DNA of 64,000 nucleotides. Source: Phoronis australis. Taxonomy: Eukaryota; Animalia; Phoronida. The notes under the pieces are model-generated. The model was not told the origin of the DNA. It saw only the letters and a list, made by a program, of their open reading frames with translations, and made no database searches. This document shows positions 1 to 12,900 of the stretch, in pieces. The translations under genes and the position numbers were made by a program. Where the stretch lies: assembly GCA_002633005.1 (NCBI GenBank), contig NMRA01000328.1:318134-382133 (forward strand), read 5' to 3'. The stretch's first letter is position 1; every line of letters starts with the position of its first letter.

Positions 1-777
1 AAGTCATTAAAAACATGCGTTAAACCAAGACGGGAACAGCGACACAAGTTGGCATGTCACAATGGACCATGTCTTTTCTTATTTTAATGCTCAGGGTGGT
101 TATGCTTCGTCTACTGTCACGGGGAATCACAGAAAGATCGGCCACGGACATGATATCCTTGTCAAGTACTGCTTTGCTGGTTCTTCTACAGCAAATGAAA
201 TACATTCGACAAGCACTGTCTCAGTGATCAGTACATGCCGACGCGAGTTCCGCACGTGAGTCAAAGGGAACAATTGTGTCTCCTTCAGTAAAGAGCATGA
301 GAATACGAGTGTTTTACCGCCATAGTAAGGCAAGGTCCCGGTTCCACTAAATCTGACTGATTGTCACAGAAAGGTAATCGAGTTGCGCACGTTTTGGAAT
401 CATAATTTCGTGCGACGAACGCTCGCAGAAAAATCCATTGACTTGTCCTGTCGGACAAGCTGCTCGGCTGTGAGCTTGTCCGTACCAACAAATTGGTTGT
501 CCCGGGCAGTCGGACTAACGTTAATGTGGAGCCCTGGTCAGTCTCAAATTTTGGAGGTCAAGACAGACAGAGTTGTTAAAATGAAACACAATTTCTTTCA
601 CAGTTAGAGGTCATTTATATATTCACGTAGTAGTTCTTGAAGCCGTATCCAACTACTACATAACCTGGAACATGATCATAAGTGACTTGAGTTGTTGACC
701 GTAATGAACCGAGTCATTTTCAACAAGAATTATTGTACTGTTTCACATTTCCTGGTACATTACTACGCCCGTTTCAG

Positions 778-940
778 ATCACTAGGTGGATGGAAGATTA
801 GTTCGACGTCAGGAAGCTGGAATGTCTCTACATTTGACCTTAACAGATTCTTGCAAGAGGTCACTCCGTTCCTTGTGAACGCATTCTTCAGCTGGGGTGT
901 AATGGAAGATGACAAAAATTCCTCCCGTAACATTTTGATG
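778..940 (+). CDS. ECE/neprilysin-like exon (SLGGWKIS...[11 protein letters not shown])
   Basis: tttcag acceptor, gtgagt donor; M13 LGGW...D-KNS motif. Confidence 0.88.
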
Positions 941-3900
941 GTGAGTTCTATCTGTTGTTATAACAGCAGGTGACGTCCTGATACAATCTCTTTCCAAAAT
1001 TTCAATTAAAAAGCTGGCTTAACAATGAAAATCGAAAAAGGCTGTACGGTTACTGTCATCAAATGAGTCTTATTATATTCCTCACCATGACAGTATTCTG
1101 TCGCATTATATTCCTCACCATGACAGTATTCTGTCTCATTTTATTCCTCACCATGACAAATATTCTGCAAGGCTTGGAATTTTCTGCGGAAACGCGGATT
1201 TTCGCTTTTTTTTCTTATTCCCTCAGCGCATTTTTGTTATATTTCTGCGGAAAAAATCGGATTTGCCATAAAATTTCCGCATTAAATTGGTTTCTAACCG
1301 CGGCGTTGCTGACGACTCGAAAAGCCGAAATTGCTCTTTATGTTTTGGAGGAACGAAGATCGTAATTGCCGGGGCACCTGGGATTGCGTGGTTCATCAAT
1401 GGCGTTTGCATATGGTATTAATTGCGGTGACAAATAGTGCGATTCTGCAGCCAAAAATGCGTGGAGCTTGGAGCAGACAGAATATTTTGTGGAAAAAGTG
1501 GATAAAATAAACGGTCAATGTGTTCGCAAACAACAAAGGTTTGGGTTTGCACTCTGTAAACGTTCACAGAAGGGCAATACGGCGAGCTTGGCCGAATCGT
1601 GGAGAACCACCTGAAAACGATGAAACACAAAAAAGAAAAACGCTTTCTGAAAGGAAATTCAACCTTAACTGGTAATTCATTGGATTGGAATCGTGGGGTG
1701 TGAGTGATGTGTGAAATTCTTTTGTTTGATCCCATGTGCAAGCCAAGTTGGGCGCTAGGCCCGAGTCCACCGATTTTCAACGTGCCGCTGAAACGGGATA
1801 CAACGACTTTGCCAAAGTGTTATTTTCGTGACAGCAAATGTGTTAAGTTGCTGTTGATTTATTTCAATTTATTTTGACATTTTTCATGTTTTATTTTTGT
1901 TAAGAAGTCTTATTTTGACCGACTCGAGTTTTGCAGTACAAAATAGAAGTGGTCACATGGCAGGTTCTAAATGATCTGATTGGTCCAACCCATTGTTTAC
2001 AAGTTCTACTAGCCTATTTTGGGTGTCCTTGTAGTTATTTTATGTCACATAGTTTGTTCTACACCAGCTTGGCTTATGAGCAATTATCTCCTGTAAGTAC
2101 TGTTTTAAACTAAAAAGTTTGGCCAACTTAGGATTGTGATTGATGTTCTATAATAAATTATGGTATGTTGTTTTTGACTCTCATTTTTTCCATGCTAATC
2201 ATAGTTGGGGTATGAGCCACAGGTTTTCGTCTTGGCTTTTTTCCATTGCGTTGGAATTAAATTTTGGTTGGAATTAAATGTGTATGTATTTCAGGCTTTC
2301 CAGATAATCTCGGTCGATTTTCAAAATTTTTTATAATTTTGTATCGTAATTATAAGAACTTAAAATAATGAAAATAATTTTATAGGTCTCTCTGCAACAA
2401 ATCAAGAATAACCTTCTGTTACTCACACTGCGAATTTTGCATTATTATCTTTATTATTTTATTTTAAAAAAAAAATCTTTTGTTGCATGTAATTGCCTTC
2501 ATTATTGTTGCTGAAATAGATGTCAGGTACTGCTTAAGATGAGTGGATGTCAGGTACTGCTTAAGATGAGTGGATGTCAGGTACTGCTTAAGATGAGTGG
2601 ATGTCAGGTACTGCTTATGATGAGTGGATGTCAGGTACTGCTTAAAGTGAGTGGATGTCAGGTACTGCTTAAAGTGAGTGGATGACAGGTACTGCTTAAA
2701 ATGAGTGTGTTTTGCCAAAACGACACAGTTACTGGACATCTTTTGATAATAGTGTTTACTTTCGATCTCTTGAGGTATGGTTGTTTAGATTGCAATGTGT
2801 TTTTGGGGCAGTAGAAATTTTTCTTTTTTGTCATGGGTCATTCCAAGCCCTGATTCTGTCGCATTATATTCCTCACCATGACATTATTCTGTCTCATTAT
2901 ATTCCTCACCATGACAGTATTCTGTCTCATTATATTCCTCCCCATGACAGTATTCTGTCGCATTATATTCCTCACCATGACAGTATTCTGTCTCATTATA
3001 TTCCTCACCATGACAGTATTCTGTCGCATTATATTCCTTACCATGACAGTATTCATTCTCATTATATTCCTCACCATGACAGTATTCTGTCTCATAATAT
3101 TCCTCACCATGACAGTATTATGTCTCATTATATTCCTCGTCATGACAGTATTCTGTCTCATTATATTTTTCACCTTGACAGTATTCTGTCGCGTTGTATT
3201 CATCACCATGACATTATTCTGTCTCATTATATTCCTCACCATGACAATATTCTGCTGCATTATATTCCTCACCATGACAGTATTCTGTCACATTATATTC
3301 CTCACCATGACAGTATTCTGTCGCATTATATTCCTCACCATGACAGTATTGTGTCTCATTATATTCCTCACCATGACAGTATTCTGTCTCATTATATTCA
3401 TCACCATGACAGAATTCTGTATCATTATATTCCTCACCATGACAGTATTCTGTTTATGTTTCCAATAAGAGCATCATTCAAAACCATCAGTGACTCAAAG
3501 AAAATGCTCCAGATTTTTTTGTGTTAGCCAACCTTAAAATTGCGAATTTGAAGTGCCCATTGTCTATGATTTGAATTGCCTTCTCATTTGACAGTAATTC
3601 TAGGTTGGATGAGTTTGGTAATTGTTTTAAACCCTAAAACGCTTCAGTTTAGAAAAACACTTCAACATTGGCAGGTAAACAGGAAAGTGCAGCTTTAAAT
3701 ATCAGCCTATAAAAGATTGACTTCTTACTAGCGATGTCTTTCACACAGTTCAATGACATTGTGATGCTTTTCAGGTAATGGAGACATATAAATCACATGG
3801 ATAACTGCGGCAATGGTTGTATGATGGTGCCAAGATAAATAGGTTTTCACACTTTGAAGTCACCTATTGTGTATTTTATTCAATTTTTCAGTTGGATCAG

Positions 3901-6900
3901 GGAGGTTTAACATTGAGCAACTGGCCGTGGTATCTGACCAATAAGACCATACAGGACGAAGAGGTATGATTAAGGCTGATTCGTTCATCTGCTTTTGAAG
4001 TTGTATTGAAGTTAGGAAGTTGCGTATGGTCGTACATCATCACTAATATCACCATAATTTGAGGACTTGATTAGTGAAACAATTGAGACTTCTTGATTTC
4101 GGAATTACTAAGCACATCTACCTCTTACTTGATTGCTTAAAGGGATGATTTTATGCGGACTACCGGTGTGTCCCCTAGTGGCAATTTTAGTTTTTTACGT
4201 TTACCTTTGTATCTCAAAAAGTCCTTAACGGATTTTCATGAAATTTGGTATATAGGCACCTACTATTAGTCAGATAACGCTATCCTCCTATTTTCGGATG
4301 GATTCGACATAGTTTGCGCCACCTATTGGCCATTTTTACTGTTTTCGAGTCGTTTTTTTGCTTCCACCCCTTTATCAACCAAACCGCTCAAAGGATGAAT
4401 GTGAAAATTGGCATGTATGTGCTTACTATGAAGAGGATGGTTGAAGATGATTTTCCGATGATTTTGACTACTGTGGCACCTCCTAGTGGCAGTTTTGTTG
4501 TTTTTTTGCGCCTATGGCTGTATCTCCTAAACTGTTTGCAGGCTCTTTACTTAATTTAGCAAGTGTATTTACATGATGTTGACTACGGATGACGACGACT
4601 TTTGGACAGATCTGACTACTGCTGTGCCCCCAAGTGGCAGTTTTAGTTTTTTACGTTTAACTCTGTATCTTCAAAGGTCCTCAACAGATTTCAAAAAATT
4701 TTAAATATAGACATCTATTGGTGTGATGACTCTATCTTCCTGTTTTTGGATGGAATCGAGGTATTTTGCACCACCTAGTGGCCATTTTTTCTGTTTTCAA
4801 ATCTTGCTTTGGCTTCCACTCCTGTATCAACCAATTCATTTGAAAATAAATATTAAATATATATGTTCTCAGTGTGAATACGACCTTTGATGATGGTGAC
4901 TGACTACTGTGGCGCCTCCTAATGGTAGTTTTGTTTTGCGCCCATAGTTGTATCTCCTAAACCCACTGCAGGATCTTTACTAAATTTAGTAAGTGTATTT
5001 ATATGAAGATAACAATAGACGATGACAACTTTCAGGCGGATCCAACGGACACTGTGCCCACTAGTGGCAATTTCGAAGATTCTCCGGTCCTCGTTGCTAT
5101 GGCGGCATCCAGTCCGAGATGCGACAAATTATGATTCGAAAACAGTTATAAATTTTACACGGACATATTTTCATTCGTAGCGGCGTATGGCAAGGACCCA
5201 ACGCTTCCAAATCCCAACGTCCTTAGGGATTGTAAAACAGAGTGTCCGTATTTTTTCTAGCTGTTCGAGCAACGCAGTGTACTACTACGCGGATAAGCCA
5301 CCAGAGCTATCGTAGCGAGCCTCGTTTTGGAACGCGCCTCCTTTCGGCGTGAATAGGGTCTATACCTGAAGTTACCTGAAGTTACCTGTCACAAACAGGA
5401 CTTATTGATGATGTGTTATTCAAATCACCTTGGTGACAGCAGAGCAAGTTATAACTGAAACAATACATTTTGTCCTCTGGGGTCTTCATTATGTTGATCA
5501 AATACAGAAAATGTGTTTACTCAATATCCACAGATTGTGTTTTTTCATGTTTTTATGTTTCTTTTTATGGTTTATTATGTTTTTAATGAATTCGCCTGTC
5601 CAGTAAAGTTTGTTCACAAATTCCTATAAATTGTTTTCTGGGTCATTAAACTGTGTAGTTTTCTGAATGTCCTTTTCTGAACTGTTAAATTTTCTTGTTG
5701 AATAGTTAATCTTGTTCTTCCCCTAAACCTGTTCCACGATCTGCTGAATTTGTTGCGTGTGAAATTTCTGACAGTTTAATTGATCCTTTTTAAGCTTACT
5801 GTTTATCTTCCATGTTCCGTAACTTTCATAATTTTGAATTTTTGTTATGTCACATACTTTTGTGTTAACTGTGCTGTACGTAATTTTGGCTTCTAAATTA
5901 TTTAAAAAATTCCTCAGTTTTGGACAAAAATGCTACTATGCTACCAAAATTCCCATTTTCCTACTTTTAAAAGGCATATATAACGTGCTGCAGTTGTTCA
6001 AAGTTTTGAAAAATGTCATTTGTGACAATACAACTGTGCTAACTACTTGTAAAGATAAAATTTTCTAAAAATTTGGGTTTTTTTTAGAAGTTTAACAAAA
6101 AAGAAATTTTCAGTGTCTGTCACATCGTGTCTTACAATATATATAATTTTTAATTCACTTAAAAACCACTGAACTTAACACATTTGTATTGTTTCAGCAT
6201 CTGGGACCACTGCTGAATTTCATGACCAAGGTGGGTCATCTGTTAGGCGGACCAAGTGATGGCAACGCTACCTACAACCAGTTCCTGAAATTGATCGAGT
6301 TTGAGGTGAAGATAGCTAATGTAAGTTGACATATTTTCACATGAACTTGAAATGTGATTGCCGTGTGATCATTAGAAACAACTCATTCCGGGATACTATG
6401 TACTTTGTATGTGAGCTCCAACAATCCCATATTTTCATTATGTTTCTTTGTGTGGACCAGTGCAATTATCACAATGACATCAATAGTAACTCTTTGAAGA
6501 ATGTGGATAATTGGCCTGTGTATCAGTGTATGCATGTGTGATGCTGGACATATGACATTGGAGAATGCTTAAAAATAATCCCAAGTTGCGTTCATGGATC
6601 ATAGCAAGAAAAGCAAGACTAAATCACGCAAGTGAGAGACGAGTGTTTCGGGAAAATGCTCAGTACCTCCCTAGCGTATCATGGAAAAATGGCAGCCACT
6701 GGGGTGATTGGCCGGTGATGTTGGAATGTTGCATTATGGGATAGTATTCTTGAATTATGGTATAAAGTACCATGTTTCTATTCCACCTATTCTATAAGTG
6801 AAGATTTATCTCTGCAAGTGCATGATTAATGTATGATAGCACAGATCGATATCTAGTTTCAAAACTTCCTCTCCTATTGGGAGATGTGTGTATTGATGGT

Positions 6901-9900
6901 GGTACTTACTGTCTGTGGTGATTCCGGTTTACACCTTGTAGTTGTTATTACTTCAGATTATCAATATGTCTTTAAGACAGCCATGCATTGCTTTTTGTAG
7001 ATAACTACCCCTGGAAATGAAAGACGTGATGAAGAAAAGTTATATCATAAATTGAAGATATCAGAACTGTCTGACTTGACACCAGTGGTAAGGCTTTGAT
7101 GATTTGACAAAATTCTTAGAACAACATTCCCATTCGTGCAAGCACTATAAATTATACCATTGTTTCAAGAAATACTTCTTGGTAATGTCTCACCAATTTC
7201 GGACACAATTTCTTACTTTTTATTCTTTTTACAAAAGTTCTATTTTGCTCATTTATTTGCTGGATGATCACATAACCTAAAAAGTTTTTTTGCAAGCTGC
7301 AATCTTTTGCTTTAATTGTGTTGGTATCTCCACAGTCCATTCAGACATCAACCAATCTCTTCTGACTTTTGTTCTGTTTTCACTATTTTTCAGCTTAATT
7401 GCTTTCAAATTCATTTCCTATTTTCCTGTCTTTCTTTTCACCACAGATCCACTGGCTGGACTTCTTCAATGCTGCCCTCTCCCCAAGTGGCCACCGGGTA
7501 TCTCTGGACACTGATGTTGTCGTTTACGCACCTGAATACCTTCTTGCACTAAATGACCTCCTCAATGTCACCATGCAAACAGAGGAAGGAAATAAGTAAG
7601 TATTTTTTGTTTGTGCATGTTCAAGTAATATGTTGGGCGGTCAGGGTAGTGAGAAACAGAGGTGTTAAGGTTATCTAGGGTTTTTGGGCATGGGTGGGGG
7701 GGGGGTAACTAGTCCCCATAGTGGCTTAGAATTTCATAGATGGTTTTAAATCATAGGTGTTGTTCACTCACAATAGACCTGTTGAAATTGACGTGCAAGG
7801 TCAGTTAAGTTACTTCTTTGTGAACACTGCTCTTAGTCATACAACTGTCCTAACTAAACACAGGTTATTAAAAAGGTTTATGGTCATGGCTGAAAGGGTA
7901 ATTGTTTTATTACTTCCTTTGGGCTCAGAATAGCCCAGACCAGAATAAGACCTTGTCCACAAATCTGTATTTAGCCAAATATTTAGAAAACTAGAATTTT
8001 TATTCTACAAAGCTCTGTAAAAGTAAAAATTTAAGTAAAAAACCTATAGTATTTGATTTTTGACTGCCAATCTGTCATTAATGGATCACATGACCATGTC
8101 TTTTCATGCGGCTACATATGTGTGGGCGCATTTTGCCACCATACCCGTCTAGCATCCGCTGCTGTGTCTCCAAAACCCCTTGGTTCATGGAATTTTCCAA
8201 ACATGTTCCTATCACAGATGGGGCGGCATGAGCCAATTATCAGTTGGTTCTGGATTCTGATGTACCCCTGGTTTCAATTTTAGGTTTTTTACCTCTGTAT
8301 CTTTGAAGTTCCTCAAAATTTAGCAAATAGATATCTATTAAGGTTGTGTAGAACCCTAAAAATATTCCATTTTGGCCAAATTCGGAACATCGTATCTCAG
8401 AAATGTCTGACTGGATTCGCATGAAATTTCAAGTATTATATTTCATGTACTGTTTGGTGTCCGTCTCTCTGTTAGCCAAACCACTCTCAGGATCATTATG
8501 AAAATTTCCATGTGTGTTCCTACTGGGAAGACCACGGCTGACACATTATTTTCAGACAGGTCCAACTACTGTGTCAACCCATAGTGGTACTTTTGGGGTT
8601 TTTTTTGCATATGCGCCTGTATCTCGTAAACCCTCTGCAGGATGTTTGTTACATTTGGCAAGTGTATTTATATGAAAGTGGTTACAGGTGAGAATGACTT
8701 TCAGACAGATCCGATTACTACAGACAATTTTTTTGTTTTTGTGTCTTTGGAGTTCCCTGACAGATTTTCATGAAATTTGGCCAATAGATTTCTATTAAAG
8801 GCGAAGGCAACCTTTTTTCATGTCATTTTGAGCTAAAATAAGGTTGGTTGGTTATCCTAGACATATTTTCCACTTAATTACAGCTTTTCGTAATTTTGTT
8901 AATTACTCGTCCGCTACTCCGGAAGTGACGTTTTAGGAGGCAAGCATTTCGCGCCAATTTCTTTTCATATAGTCTGACTGTGATAGCTGCCGACAAAGTC
9001 ATTGTTCTACCTCGGTTGTGTTAAGTTCCGTCGTCGTTTGCTTTCATTTACTAGTCAGTCAACATGCCACTCTGTTGCTGCGTACCGGGATGTACAAATT
9101 ATCGTCTCACGCGCGCTTTGGGAGTACCTTTGCATGGCTTTCCGATGGATGACACACTTCGCCGTACTTGGCTCGTTCGTGTGAAGAACGCAGCGTTACC
9201 CGTCCACGCAACGTACAAAGCAATCGAGAATTACCGTGTGTGTGGCAAACACTTTCTGCCGTCCGATTACGAAAGGGATGTGTACGATGAACTGATGAAG
9301 GTCCCTGCGAAACAACGCCTGAAGCAGGATACCATTCCGTCTGTGTTGATTNGGGAGTGTGTCGCGGGACACTCTGGCAAGTGGGACAGTTGTTCCTCTG
9401 TCCGTGGTATGCCGGAGGTCCACTTAACCGTGTCCAGTAGTGGCTTGGCCTCGTCGAACTCTGAACAGCACAAGCATTCCATTGAGGTAGGCATAACAAC
9501 GCTCACAGTGCATTTGCACCAAGATGTGTCACCACGTCTGTCCTCAGTAGCCGCCTCGTTTCTCTCAACAGCTGCCTGTGCCTGTGCGTACTCTGCCTCG
9601 TTATACTCGGGCTCAAACATGACCCACTGAATGTCCGTGAAAAAATTCCTCGTCACCACTGCTGTGAACAAGGTCTCCGTCACTCACACTACTGTCTCTG
9701 TGATACGGGTCACCGAGTCCAGCCATTTTCAGCTTACAACACTCTAAACAATCCCTAAATCCAACGTAGCTGAGTTCTCTACTAACCTATGTTGCCGTAG
9801 AATACTAGCCGATGGAAAGTGGTGGTGACAATTGTTGAAAAACAGCACAAAACAAAAGTAGAACACAACAGATTCGCACAGTAAACTCAACGCAAAACCA

Positions 9901-12900
9901 AGTGGCGGGAAACGCTTGCCTCCTAAAACGTCACTTCCGGAGTAGCGGACGAGTAATTAATAAAATTACAAAAAGCTGTAATTAAGTGGAAAATGTGTCT
10001 AGGATAACCAACCAACCTTATTTTAGCTCAAAATGACATGAAAAAAGGTTGCCTTCGCCTTTAAAGAGAGGATATCTCCTTCCCATGGATTTTACCTATT
10101 GTACGTCACCTAGTGGCCATTTTTATTATTTTTAGATTCGGGTTTTTGGGTACACCTTCAGTGGCGGATCTAGGATATCACAAGGGGGGGCCCAACATTT
10201 TGTCTGGCTGTAAGCATTTGCGCAAACCACGATTGTAGATGCGCATAGCACTGAATGGGGGGAGGTCGGGAGGGGGGCAAACCCCCCTGTCGCCCAGGAA
10301 ATTTTTCTGTTTTTTCCTCTAAAAATCAAGCATTTTCCTTGATTTCTGATGTATTATCCAAGAAAAAAAGGCAAAAAATAAAGAAAAAAAAACGGAGAAC
10401 ATGTCACACAGGAAAAACTGCGAGTTCCACAGACTCGAACTCACGATCTGGCTGATAGGACGTGCGTGCTTTACCACTACACCACCACGATTTCACTAAT
10501 AAACTTAAACTAAGAGACCTACTTGTTTATGGTCCACAGCGTTTGCGCGCGAAACCTACTTCTTTTTGTAATGCTTATTACACGTTTTATATTTTGTGCA
10601 ATCGGTTCGTAGCAAATTTGTTGTATTTAAAATAGTCTTCAGATGCCCAAAAGACCAAATCCGTTTTTCGTGTTGGCAATAATGACTTTGCTTTGGAAAT
10701 CGTCTTAAGTTAAGGTTTGACAAAGAGAGAATTAATGAGTTTCTGAGTGATTCACTAAGGCTTCGATTAAAATTCACATCTTACCAGCAGCTTCTGTTTT
10801 TTTCATCGTCACTCAGGTTCCATTTTCTCTAAAAAATGAAGTAAATTTTCTTCATAGCACAGTGGAGCAGACGACGGAAATGGAGTCGTAGTGCGCAGCG
10901 CCACTGCCGGTCGCCTGGGATATCGCGGGAGAGCCTACACGTAGTCATAGTTCGTTACGAATGCGCCGTGTTCCGGATTTGGCACTTGAAATTGGATCTG
11001 AGCCCCCCCCCAAACACTAAAACTGCATACATTTAAATCTTTTTTCATCCGCATAATTTTAATTACCAGGGCAAATTAATAAACTCAACATTTCCCTACG
11101 CTCTTGCTAGCTGTTATATTTTTTTTGCGGCAGCCAAGAAGGGGGGGCCCGGGCCCCCTGGGCCCCCCCCCTAAATCCACCTATGACCTTTCTATTGGCC
11201 AAATTACACTGAAGATCATAATGAAACATGTAGTGTGTGTTTCTTTTGAAAATTGCATGGCTGATAATGACTTTCAGACAGGTCTGTCTGCTGCGGAACC
11301 TTCTATTGAAAATTTTGTTTTCTGCCTGTGATTTAATATCTATCAACTAAGTTGAATCCTTGATGGGTAGTTGTGAAACGTGTATGCATTTGTATTGAAG
11401 TGAGTACAACTCGTGTGGATTTTGGGTCGATTTTGACAACTGTGGAGTCCCCTACTGGCATTTCATTTTCTTTGCCTTGTCCTACTCTTGATGATAGCTA
11501 TGAAGTTCCTTGATGGATGTTCAGTATAGTTTGATAGCTGCCCTTAATTAACACAAACTTCGTTGAAAACACGACTAAACTTTTTGTTTGGAAGCTTGAT
11601 ACTAAGTCGCTCGTCCTCATTCTTGCGAATAGAGTTACATTGGACACGCGGTGTGTTCTCTCTCGCAAGGGTTGTCCATACGTTTGCAGGGGGGTCCATT
11701 CAAGATTGTTTTGTACACCAACATGGCCGAAAAATAACTAGGCAAGAAATAGTAGACAATACGACCATTCGCTATGTTGAAAAGGACACATTTCGGCTAA
11801 AGATTTTGGAATTGCTTTTGATCAGTCACGAAAAACGTGTATTGAATGAGCAGCTCACAGGTGTGTACCATACGCTGACTCTGTTTTGATAGGGTTGCTG
11901 GCTTCCTACCATGTGTTGCATTCACACTTTTTGCTTGTATGCCCCTCTTCCCACTGTCACGTGTATTTCACTGTTTATTTTGCTATGTATATGTTCATTC
12001 CACTTATTGCCTGATGGTGAGATATGCCGTCTCGAAATTTAGCTAGCATTTTAATTTGTTTGTTACGTCTCTCGGTGTTTTGTTATGTAGCTGCACACCT
12101 GAAGAAAGGAGATTGTTCCAACACTATGAGCGACTTAGTATCAAGCTTTCAAACACAAACTTTAGTCGTGTTTTCAACAAAGTTTTATGGATGTCCATGA
12201 AATTTGGCAAGTAAGATACTATCGCGTAGATAAGAGCACAAACCCTGATTCAGAGGAATTTGACCTACATTGTGCCCCCCAAGTGACCTTTTCATTTAGT
12301 GAAATAAATATTATTATCATTGCTATATTTTATTGCCATCATTAATACCAATTCATAACTGTTTGATGTTTAGCACTCTCCATAACTACATGATGTGGAA
12401 AGTTGTACAGAAGTTGGTGCCGTATCTGTCATCCAAATTCCGGGATGCTTTGAAAGAGTTCAAGGACATTCTAGGAGGTACATATCATCTTCATAATCTG
12501 TCCCTCTCTCACAAAATATTCAATTTGTCACCATTAATATTTTCGACTGATGTTTTATAGTGTAATCAATGAATGTTGTTATTTGTGCAGCATTTCAAAT
12601 GTATCGTTTTTTTAACCTTGTGGAAAGTTATCGATGAATCGTTGCTTTACCTTCGTTGTACTGATATTTGTGAAATTGCAGAAATTGCAGACTAACCAAC
12701 CCTGAGGATGAGAGGTGCTGTCCCAGTTATTCTTCCTATGCCGCATTCTCAATGCAGATTGTGCTCAGTTTAGGCTGACATATTATAATATTATTATAAT
12801 TTCAGGCAGTCTGGCACACGTTACTCCCGACTTGTGCAGGGCCCATTGCACTTATCACCTGAAACTATTTTTGTATGTTAGTGGTATGTAGTTAAAATTG

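Larger units (their letters stand above)
1066..3453. repeat. 33-bp minisatellite (CATGACAGTATTCTGTCTCATTATATTCCTCAC), ~3 copies at 1066-1167 and ~18 copies at 2853-3453, split by a transposon
   Basis: Directly visible tandem units; explains the periodic His-rich/MTVF ORFs. Confidence 0.95.
8799..10060 (+). mobile_element. Internally deleted Kolobok-type DNA transposon (THAP transposase 5' part + convergent KolX-like remnant)
   Basis: TTAA at 8795-8798 and 10061-10064; ~155-bp TIRs starting AGGCGAAGGCAACC; THAP ORF from 9064; Cys-rich opposite-strand ORF. Confidence 0.88.

Noticed and set aside
1-610. Relatively GC-rich stretch with several short ORFs
   Set aside because: No recognisable M13 exon or domain; may be a TE remnant but no termini visible
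2464-2739. (THLKQYLTS)n ORF
   Set aside because: 27-bp tandem repeat inside a non-autonomous transposon
2712-3527. 271-aa His-rich ORF ([11 protein letters not shown])n and overlapping ORFs in other frames
   Set aside because: By-product of a 33-bp intronic minisatellite open in several frames on both strands; ORF starts inside a transposon
10425-10488. Genuine tRNA gene
   Set aside because: Acceptor and anticodon stems do not pair properly; lies in a repeated element whose second copy differs at many positions
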